64,000 nucleotides of DNA from an uncultured Clostridia bacterium (GTDB taxonomy: Bacteria; Bacillota; Clostridia; Christensenellales; UBA3700), in assembly GCA_947246685.1 (NCBI GenBank), contig CAMXSN010000006.1:3898-67897 (forward strand), in the 5' to 3' direction. The position numbers and the translations under genes were made by a program. Every line of letters starts with the position of its first letter. Position 1 is the stretch's first letter. A model generated the notes under the pieces. It ran no database searches. It was not told where the DNA came from and saw only the letters and a list, made by a program, of their open reading frames with translations. This document shows, one piece after another, positions 57,096-64,000 of this stretch.

Positions 57096-58352
57096 TCACC
57101 AACCGTTGAATGTATCATTGATTTCTTTGACTTCTTCGTCGTTGATAGGTTTGATATCCGACACAGCCTTTGCCATAATGACCGACCTTGCCGAATAATC
57201 TGCGACTTCAAGTCTGTCGAACGCTTTGGTAACGTTCTTACCGATAGTGATTATACATTCATTGTCTATTATCGCAACGGGCGACGACGTGGTCAATACC
57301 TCCGCGATCGACTTGTAGTCCGCCATTGCGGAGTAAGGAACACGCGCAACGTCTTTGAGCATCAAATAGCTCTCGGGAATCAGCCTTGCATTGAAACGCT
57401 TGTTTGCTACGGCAAATCCCATGACAGCCGCAGGCATAGAGACGAACACCGCGTTGGCTTGAGGCTCTCCGCGCAAAATCTCCAAAATCAAATCAAGGTA
57501 TCTGCATTGTTTTGCCTTGCTGACCTTTCCCCTTTGGTATCTGACAATATCGTCCGCGCTTAAATCGTCGGGAGAATCGCAATCAGCGTTAAACAATACT
57601 CCTTCTCCGTCGCGCACCGCGAGCGTACCCCATCCGCAGCCCGCAAGCTGACCTCTGTGCGCTCGTCTTAAAAACGCCGCGATTTCCTCACGTTTTTCTC
57701 TATCGTCCGCGCTTATATCGGCAACGGGATAAGCCGTTGTTTTTAGAGGAATAGGCTCATCTATCATATTGACTCCGCCGAGATTCTTTGCGTGAAACAA
57801 CGTCCTGCACAGATAATCCAACGTCTCGTACATTGCCAGCGCGTCGCGCATATCGCGCGCTCCGACCGTTGCGCCGTGATTATCCATCATTACGCATCTA
57901 TTGCCAAGCACAAACTGCTGTTTTACTATATCGCCTAGTCTAAGACTTCCCGGAAGCGCGTATTTCGATCCCGCGATTTTGCCAAGCGCATCGGCGTAAA
58001 CTCTCGCGCAGCCCGAATCGGGAGCAATGCCCATACACGCGTATGCCACAGCCGCGGGGGCATGAGCGTGAACAATAGCCTTGACGTCTTTGCACTCCCT
58101 ATATATGTTGGAATGAAACGGCAACTCCATTGACGGCGCGTGTCTGCCTATTCGCGTGCCGTCGGGCAGAACTTCTACGATATCGTCAATAGTCAGCGTG
58201 CCTTTGTCTATGCCGCTCGGCGTGATAAAAATGTGTCCCTGTTCGTCAATCGCGGAGATATTGCCGCCAGACGTAGTCGTCAACGCGTTGGAATATACTC
58301 TGCGCATTGCTTCAAGCACCTGCTCTTTTACCGAAAGTCTTCTTATATCCAT
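57096..58352 (-). CDS. fused tandem class II aldolase/adducin protein (active N-domain plus degenerate C-domain)
   Basis: 418 aa with RBS AGGAG. The N-domain has IVHAHAP and NHGATVGARDMRDAL. In the C-domain the His positions are replaced (VFVSMPAA). Confidence 0.7.
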   Translation of the reverse strand: MDIRRLSVKEQVLEAMRRVYSNALTTTSGGNISAIDEQGHIFITPSGIDKGTLTIDDIVEVLPDGTRIGRHAPSMELPFHSNIYRECKDVKAIVHAHAPAAVAYACMGIAPDSGCARVYADALGKIAGSKYALPGSLRLGDIVKQQFVLGNRCVMMDNHGATVGARDMRDALAMYETLDYLCRTLFHAKNLGGVNMIDEPIPLKTTAYPVADISADDREKREEIAAFLRRAHRGQLAGCGWGTLAVRDGEGVLFNADCDSPDDLSADDIVRYQRGKVSKAKQCRYLDLILEILRGEPQANAVFVSMPAAVMGFAVANKRFNARLIPESYLMLKDVARVPYSAMADYKSIAEVLTTSSPVAIIDNECIITIGKNVTKAFDRLEVADYSARSVIMAKAVSDIKPINDEEVKEINDTFNGW

Positions 58353-58378
58353 AAATTCTCCTGTCGTCCGATAGCAAG

Positions 58379-60136
58379 TTATTTATACAGCGCGCCGTAA
58401 ACCGCGCACGCTCTGTAATCGGCTCCTTCTTTGTCCTCGGTGCCGAACGCCGTCCATGCGTGCGGACGGAATATCTTGCCGTCTTCGACGTTGTGCATAC
58501 TGACGGGAATTCGCAGCATTGACGCAAGCGTTATTACGTCGGCTCCGATATGTCCGTAAGTAAACGCTCCGTGATTGGCTCCCCAATTTGCCATAACGCT
58601 GTAGACGTCGGTAAACGCTCCCTTGCCAGTGAGGCGGGGCGCAAACCAAGTGCTCGGCCACGTCGGGTCTGTGCGTTCCCACAGAATCTTCTGCACGTCG
58701 TCCGGCACCGTCACCGTATATCCCTCCGCTATCTGCAACACGGGACCAAGTCCGTCTACCATATTCATTCTCACCATTGTTACGGGCATTTCCGCTTCCG
58801 TCTTGAAATGCGAGCTGAATCCGCCGCCGCGGAAATATTGGAGATTAGCCTGACACCAATCTGTCTTGGACAGACATCCGTCGATATCTCTATCGCTCAT
58901 CTGCCACCAAGGCTTTATAACATTCTCGCCTTTCTGGTTTTTGGACATCGCGGTGCCGTCCAAAGCCGCCGCGCCGCTGTTGATAAGGTGCATAAAACCG
59001 TCTTTTGCCTTGCCGCTGGGCGACCATCCCGTCACGCGCTTGATTGCGTCGGGCGACCAATATGTACGCACGTCGGCGAAAATGCTGGCATTATAACTTA
59101 GCAATTTCTCAAAAAGCATTGCCATTCCGTTGAGCGTATCGTTTTCCGTAGCAAGCACAAGCGGCTCTTTTTTCCCATTCCAATCAAACGAGGAGTTGAG
59201 AATGGCTTCGCTGAAATCTCCGTTTGGCAGCCAATCAGTCCACATACGCTGACCTTGGAATCCGCCCAAAATCGCATTTCTTCCCAACGCTTCCTCGTGT
59301 CTTCCTATTTCGTTGAGCTTTGGATTGCCTAGCATTATATCTTTTATCGCCAAAGTCATCTTGGCAATAAATTCCCACTGCGCGTCTTTTTCCTCTCTAG
59401 TCTTGGGATTGGCGTTGGTATCCACTCCCTCTTTGCAATTTGCCTTGATCCAGGCAAGCTCTTTTGCATATTCATCTTTATCATAAATGCCGAGCGTTAT
59501 TCTTCTGTTGATCTCGGACATATCAACCCACTCGGCTCTTATTCCGAAATACTTCTGCATCAGATTGCCGTCGAGAAAAGATCCGCCTATGCCCATGGAC
59601 ACGCTGCCAAGTCCGACGTACGCTTTGTTTCTCATGCTGCCGACGGCTATCGCCGCTCTGGCAAAACGCAAAATTTTCTCAGCGACGTCGCTTGGAATAG
59701 TCTCGTCGTCCTTGTCCTGCACGTCGCGTCCGTATATTGCAAAAGCAGGCAATCCTCTCTGAGCATGTATTGCCATTGCCGCCGCAAGATAAACCGCGCC
59801 GGGTCTTTCCGTGGCGTTGAGTCCCCACACTGCCTTAACGGTATTCGGATCTAAATCTATAGTCTCCGAACCGTAACACCAGCACGGAGTAACGCTGAGC
59901 GTGCCTACAACGTTCTGCGTGTCAAAAAGCTCTCTGCATTTCGCCGCTTCCGCGCCGCCGCCTATCGTTCCGTCAAAAACTACGACCCGTACGGGTGTGC
60001 CGTCAGTATAATATAAGTTGCTTTCGATCAGCTTTTTTGCAGATTGAGCCATTCTTCGGGTCTGTTCTTCAAGTCCCTCTCGTATGCCGCCCCATCTACC
60101 GTCTATTATCGGTCGTATTCCTATTGCAGGTTTCAT
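58379..60136 (-). CDS. fucI: L-fucose isomerase
   Basis: Near-collinear match to E. coli FucI (IGIRPIIDGR, TPCWCYGSETID, FADVRTYWSP, VMANWGANHG, LRIPVSMHNV). ATG 60136 lies 8 nt after AAGGAG; the track start is a TTG. Confidence 0.92.
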   Translation of the reverse strand: MKPAIGIRPIIDGRWGGIREGLEEQTRRMAQSAKKLIESNLYYTDGTPVRVVVFDGTIGGGAEAAKCRELFDTQNVVGTLSVTPCWCYGSETIDLDPNTVKAVWGLNATERPGAVYLAAAMAIHAQRGLPAFAIYGRDVQDKDDETIPSDVAEKILRFARAAIAVGSMRNKAYVGLGSVSMGIGGSFLDGNLMQKYFGIRAEWVDMSEINRRITLGIYDKDEYAKELAWIKANCKEGVDTNANPKTREEKDAQWEFIAKMTLAIKDIMLGNPKLNEIGRHEEALGRNAILGGFQGQRMWTDWLPNGDFSEAILNSSFDWNGKKEPLVLATENDTLNGMAMLFEKLLSYNASIFADVRTYWSPDAIKRVTGWSPSGKAKDGFMHLINSGAAALDGTAMSKNQKGENVIKPWWQMSDRDIDGCLSKTDWCQANLQYFRGGGFSSHFKTEAEMPVTMVRMNMVDGLGPVLQIAEGYTVTVPDDVQKILWERTDPTWPSTWFAPRLTGKGAFTDVYSVMANWGANHGAFTYGHIGADVITLASMLRIPVSMHNVEDGKIFRPHAWTAFGTEDKEGADYRACAVYGALYK

Positions 60137-60294
60137 ATTCAATTCTCCTTCTTAGAAAAAATTATAAATTTGCCGCGAAGCTGCATATTTCCTGTCACAT
60201 GCATTCCTCGGCGTTGCTCATCTTATATTCTAATACATACGGAAAAACTTTTCCACATTTATTGCAAAATTATATTGGTAAATTCAAAATAATT

Positions 60295-60884
60295 TTATGA
60301 GCGATACGTCGGATATCTGCGTTTATCCAACTCTGATATCTCCCTCATTACCTTGCAAGGCACGCCCACCGCAACCACGCCGCCGGGAATGGATTTTGTA
60401 ACTACGCTGCCTGCGCCTATTACGGAATCGTCGCCTATCGTTACGCCTGCAAGTATGACGCTGCCCGCGCCTATCCAAACGTTGTTACCGACAGTTATCG
60501 GTTTGGCTACCTCTATGCCGAATTTGCGAAGTTCGGGATCGATAGCGTGCTCGGCTGTCGTAAAACAGCAATTTGGGGCGATAAATACATTGTCGCCGAA
60601 TTTGACTTTTGCCCCGTCGGTGATTACCAAATTGTGATTGGAATAGAAATAGTCGCCAACGCTGATATTATATCCGTAATCGCACCAAAAGGGCGGAGTT
60701 ATCATAACCTCTTTGCCCATAGAACCGAGAAGTTTTTGCAATATCTCGTTTTGAGCGATTCTATCATAAGGATGAGCTTGTTGTATTGCCAGCAAATATC
60801 TTTACATTTCTTTATTTCTTTTTCGAATTGTGGATTGTAACAACCTTGAAAAAAACAGTTAATCGGCACTTGAGGTCTCTGCAT
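60295..60884 (-). pseudogene. maltose/galactoside O-acetyltransferase (left-handed beta-helix) disrupted by a 1-nt frameshift near 60775
   Basis: The N-terminal 37 aa (CYNPQFEKEIKKCKDICWQYNKL) lie in track ORF 60702-60884. The rest (HPYDRIAQNEILQKLLG...WCDYGYNI...VGNNVWIGAGSVI) lies in ORF 60295-60795, in another frame. Joined, they align end to end with E. coli Maa. Confidence 0.7.
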
Positions 60885-61018
60885 ATTATACTCCTTACGT
60901 CAAAGCTATTTTATCATAGAATAACAAGGAAAGCAATATGCGATTGTAAAAGATCGCAGGCTGAATTTACGCAAAAAAGGCGTACGCGAAAGATTGTATA
61001 CTTTCGCGTACGCATGAA

Positions 61019-61092
61019 TGGAGCAGGTGACGGGAATCGGACCCGCGCTGGCGGCTTGGGAAGCCGCTGTTCTGCCATTGAACTACACCTGC
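61019..61092 (-). tRNA. tRNA-Gly (anticodon CCC), CCA encoded
   Basis: Hand-folded 74-nt cloverleaf. The 7-bp acceptor GCAGGTG/CACCTGC is followed by the D arm GTTC-AATGGCA-GAAC. The anticodon arm is GCGGC-TTCCCAA-GCCGC and the T arm is GCGGG-TCCGATT-CCCGT. The 3' end is the discriminator T plus CCA. Confidence 0.9.
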
Positions 61093-61134
61093 ATATGCGG
61101 CGCGCAATATTCAAGGCGCGCCTAAGTTGTCAAT

Positions 61135-62088
61135 TTACTTTTTGTCGTATTTGTAAAAGCCTTCGCCCGACGCCATACCGAGTTTTCCTTCGTCAATATA
61201 TTTTTTGAGCAGTTTTTCCATACCTTTGAAATTATACGGCGCCAAAAACGAAGGAATCTTGACGTACATCGCCACAATGTTGTAAGCCGTGGTCAGTCCT
61301 ACTGTATCTATAATACGGAACGGACCTTTTGGAGAGCCTGTGCCAAGCGTCCAAGCCTTGTCGATACTCTCGGGATCGGAAACTCCGTTGACGTATAGAT
61401 CAAGCCCCGAGAAAAGCAACGGCACCAACATAGAGTTGAGCAGATACCCTGACTTTTCTTTCCTCACAGGGAGCGCTATCATTCTGATATCCTTGGCAAA
61501 CGACATTATCAAATCGAAATACTTCTGCTCTGTCTTTGCCTGCGACATTATCTCGGCGGTGTTGTTTTTCCATATACTATTTGCAAAATGTAGCGAAAGA
61601 TATCTGTCGGCTCTGCCGGTGTATTTTGCAAATTTAGACGGGAGTAAAGTCGACGAATTGGTAACTACCACTGTCTTTTGCGGCAACAACGGCGCAAGAG
61701 CTTTATAGAAAGCTATCTTGTCGTCGGCGTTTTCCGCCATGGATTCGATTACTAAATCCGCATCCGCTACGGCCTTGCCCATATCCAACTCGAGCTCTAT
61801 GGACTCGTAAGCTTTCTGCGCCTTTGCCAGACAATCGTCCTTATCAAAAGCGTCGTAATCGGCAATGCCTCTCGCCCAATTGGCAGGCGTCTGACCTTCG
61901 GGAGTAGCCATAAGTTCGATCGTCTCGTCATAAGTTTTTTTCAGCGCGTCCAATTTTGGACGGGTACGTGATATGCTCCCCTCGCTTCTCAGCCATATAG
62001 TCACGTCAAAACCGCAATATGCCGCTTGAAAAGCTATCTGACTGCCGAGAACGCCGCCGCCTGCTACCACAACTTTTTTGATTTCCAT
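61135..62088 (-). CDS. 3-hydroxyacyl-CoA dehydrogenase family protein
   Basis: RBS GGGGGAG. Rossmann motif VVVAGGGVLGSQIA, plus 3HCDH-type N- and C-domains. Confidence 0.75.
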   Translation of the reverse strand: MEIKKVVVAGGGVLGSQIAFQAAYCGFDVTIWLRSEGSISRTRPKLDALKKTYDETIELMATPEGQTPANWARGIADYDAFDKDDCLAKAQKAYESIELELDMGKAVADADLVIESMAENADDKIAFYKALAPLLPQKTVVVTNSSTLLPSKFAKYTGRADRYLSLHFANSIWKNNTAEIMSQAKTEQKYFDLIMSFAKDIRMIALPVRKEKSGYLLNSMLVPLLFSGLDLYVNGVSDPESIDKAWTLGTGSPKGPFRIIDTVGLTTAYNIVAMYVKIPSFLAPYNFKGMEKLLKKYIDEGKLGMASGEGFYKYDKK

Positions 62089-62261
62089 TTTCTCCCCCTG
62101 ACAGTATCGATTTTTGAGCTATGCGTCTTGATTATTCGCAAATATTTTCAACCGATACCCTATATTAATATATTATCACTTTATATCGGATAAAATCAAT
62201 ACTTTTATGATTTTAACAAGCTTTTTTGGGCAGAATAATGTCTCATACTACTAAAAAATAA

Positions 62262-62290
62262 TTGCATTAGGCAAAAATATAGTATATAAT
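62262..62290 (+). promoter_or_regulatory. sigma-A promoter of the retron transcript
   Basis: TTGCAT - 17 nt - TATAAT. The predicted +1 falls at ~62297-62298, exactly where the a1 repeat begins. Confidence 0.6.
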
Positions 62291-62297
62291 AATAAAC

Positions 62298-62454
62298 GAG
62301 ATTCTAGATATTTAACCATAATTATATTTTGGTTAGCTTCGATTTTATATGCGAAGCGAGTAAAATTGATTCCATTCTATGAGGATGTTTTAACATCTTT
62401 TTGCTTGGAATCTCAAAGATGTTAAAACATCCTCTAGCGTATATGTAGAATCTC
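62298..62454 (+). ncRNA. retron non-coding RNA (msr-msd)
   Basis: Terminal inverted repeats gagattcta (62298-62306) and tagaatctc (62445-62453), with an unpaired G at 62307 as candidate branching G. Two small msr hairpins (62313-62335, 62336-62357). A perfect 20-bp msd hairpin gaggatgttttaacatcttt / aaagatgttaaaacatcctc (62381-62434). Located directly upstream of effector plus RT. Confidence 0.75.
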
Positions 62455-62481
62455 CATAATAAATAATTTAAGGATTAATAA

Positions 62482-63375
62482 ATGAATATCCTGGAAGATA
62501 AATTTCTTACAAACGTTTGCGAACAATTAAAAACCCAAAAAAGAATAAATCGCAAATCAAACGTAATGCCATTAAAATTATATTTTATTTGTGGGAAAGA
62601 ATTTGATAAAAGCAAACGCGAAAATAGATCTTTACTAAGAGATTTAATAGAAAAGTCCGATATTAATGCCAAATGTATATTTGCAGAAGAGATGTATTTT
62701 GATGACTTAGAATATAATCTTTTGCAATTTGAAAATGTTTTGGCTAATATTAGTGAAAAAATCATTATCATTCTAGAAAGTCCCGGCACTTTCTGTGAAT
62801 TAGGTGCTTTTGTAAATGTTGAAGAATCAAAAAGCAAATTAATTGTAATAAATGAAGACAATCCTAACTATGATAATTCTTTTATTACTAAAGGTCCACT
62901 TCAGCTAGTAAATAAAGAAAACAGTCTAGTTAAATTTCAAGGCGAACTCATAAAACATCCTGAAGTTAAAAAACTAATCAAAAATTTAGCCAATAATAGT
63001 ATAACCCCATTAAAACCAAACCTCTCAAGTGAAATTGAACTAAAATCGTTAATTTGTGAATTATTGCATTTATTTTATATGTTCTGCCCTATTTGCAAAT
63101 TTGAATTAGAAAAACTTTATAAAAATATATATGAAATAAAAGAAATAAAAATTAAAGAATCCAACAAGCATGGCATGGATTCGATAGATAAAGTTATTAA
63201 ATTAATGATAAAATTAGATTTAATACGTTATAGATGTGGATACTATATACTCTCAGATAATTTATCCATAACCAAACCACTTTTCAAAAACAATGATGAA
63301 GGCAAAATTCGTACACAATATCTCGCGAGATTATACAAAAAGGATAAAAATAGGTTAAAATGTTATGATAATTGA
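62482..63375 (+). CDS. retron effector, nucleoside 2-deoxyribosyltransferase-like (NDT) domain plus C-terminal winged-helix-like domain (St85/Sen2 RcaT-type)
   Basis: 297 aa, AT-rich, RBS AAGGA. IIIILESPGTFCELGAF fits the NDT-like ExPG...ELG core. C-terminal IDKVIKLMIKLDLIRYRCGYYIL looks like a wHTH. Position msr/msd - effector - RT as in type II retrons. Confidence 0.65.
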   Translation: MNILEDKFLTNVCEQLKTQKRINRKSNVMPLKLYFICGKEFDKSKRENRSLLRDLIEKSDINAKCIFAEEMYFDDLEYNLLQFENVLANISEKIIIILESPGTFCELGAFVNVEESKSKLIVINEDNPNYDNSFITKGPLQLVNKENSLVKFQGELIKHPEVKKLIKNLANNSITPLKPNLSSEIELKSLICELLHLFYMFCPICKFELEKLYKNIYEIKEIKIKESNKHGMDSIDKVIKLMIKLDLIRYRCGYYILSDNLSITKPLFKNNDEGKIRTQYLARLYKKDKNRLKCYDN

Positions 63376-64000
63376 TAATATTTCAAAATCTTTAATGATA
63401 GATAAAAATTTGATAATATCTATGTCTAAAAATAATAACAAATACAAGTCATATTATATTGGCAACAACGGACGCCAACGTTTGATTCAACATCCATCAA
63501 AAGAAATTAAGTTGTTACAATACTGGTTAGTAAATAATTTGCTTAATAAGTTACCTTGTTCAAAATATGCAACTGGATATGAACCAGGATGCTCTATAAT
63601 AAGAAATGCAGCAATACATGCTGATAATAAATATATATTACATACGGATATTAAAGATTTTTTTAATTCTATCACAGTAAACATGGTAGAATCAATTTTA
63701 TCAAAATCTAATCTAAATTTAATACAAGAAGATATTAATTTTATTATAGATGTAGTATTCTATAAATCTAAAATATTTCCGACCGGCAGTGTGTCTTCCC
63801 CCTGCCTTTCAAATAGAGTTATGTATAATTTTGATTTAGAACTTAAAAGTGAACTGGACACTTTTTATGGACTACAAGAATTCAAATTTACAAGATATGC
63901 TGATGATATAATAATTTCGAGCAATTATAAAATTCAAACAAATATAGTAGATATTATAAAAAACTTATTAAATAAATATGGCTTTGAAATTAATAAAAAT
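63365..64000 (+). CDS. retron-type reverse transcriptase, 3' end beyond the right window edge
   Basis: Not in the ORF track (no stop). Hand translation from ATG 63365, which overlaps the effector stop by 11 nt, gives ...GRQRLIQHPSKEIKLLQYWL...GYEPGCSIIRNAAIH...ILHTDIKDFFNSI...PTGSVSSPCLSN...FTRYADDIIIS. These are RT motifs 1-5 with the retron-style RYADD box. Confidence 0.85.
   Translation, partial: MIIDNISKSLMIDKNLIISMSKNNNKYKSYYIGNNGRQRLIQHPSKEIKLLQYWLVNNLLNKLPCSKYATGYEPGCSIIRNAAIHADNKYILHTDIKDFFNSITVNMVESILSKSNLNLIQEDINFIIDVVFYKSKIFPTGSVSSPCLSNRVMYNFDLELKSELDTFYGLQEFKFTRYADDIIISSNYKIQTNIVDIIKNLLNKYGFEINKN

Noticed and set aside
56751-57563. 270-aa plus-strand ORF
   Set aside because: It is antisense to the RhaB-family kinase / aldolase junction. 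It is a shadow ORF.
61019-62100. tRNA-Gly as the attachment site of the retron islet
   Set aside because: A native-composition hbd gene lies between the tRNA and the AT-rich DNA. I found no direct repeat of the tRNA 3' end within the window, so the matter is left open.
1-64000. CRISPR arrays, rRNA genes, IS elements
   Set aside because: No regularly spaced direct repeats, rRNA-like conserved blocks, or transposase-like ORFs with terminal inverted repeats were seen on either strand.

Overview
Chromosomal window from a moderately low-GC, GGAGG-RBS-using, Firmicutes/Clostridia-like saccharolytic anaerobe. The taxon call is an inference from SigH, Mini-III, ThyX, Alr/Dat, GH3/GH20/GH51 enzymes and a fucose cluster. 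I support about 50 protein genes (most on the minus strand), one tRNA-Gly(CCC), one retron ncRNA, several promoters and terminators, and one frameshifted gene. Most of the window is ordinary housekeeping and carbohydrate metabolism. Three regions stand out. (1) 18.9-34.6 kb is a tightly coupled nine-gene minus-strand operon with its own strong promoter and flanking terminators. It encodes an Hsp70-like ATPase, an SNF2 helicase with a very Cys-rich tail, two Zn-ribbon orphan proteins, a 1052-aa polytopic membrane protein with six MBG/YDG-type repeats, two coiled-coil proteins that share an acidic C-terminal DGDIxIxDII tail, a classical-clade (Vps4-like) AAA+ ATPase, and a GPH transporter. I cannot match this combination to any named system, so it is my top candidate for something undescribed. 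(2) 9.4-13.7 kb is an AT-rich islet of membrane-anchored paralogs around a secreted Cys-peptidase-like gene. Two 230-aa copies have near-identical flanks, differing only by synonymous changes, around a scrambled central cassette. (3) 62.1-64.0 kb is an AT-rich right end carrying a complete-looking retron: promoter, msr/msd with a1/a2 repeats and a 20-bp msd hairpin, an NDT-like effector, and a reverse transcriptase truncated by the window edge. The ORF track misses two edge-truncated genes, the GPH symporter at 1-1795 and the retron RT at 63365-64000. I found no CRISPR array, rRNA, transposase or integrase.
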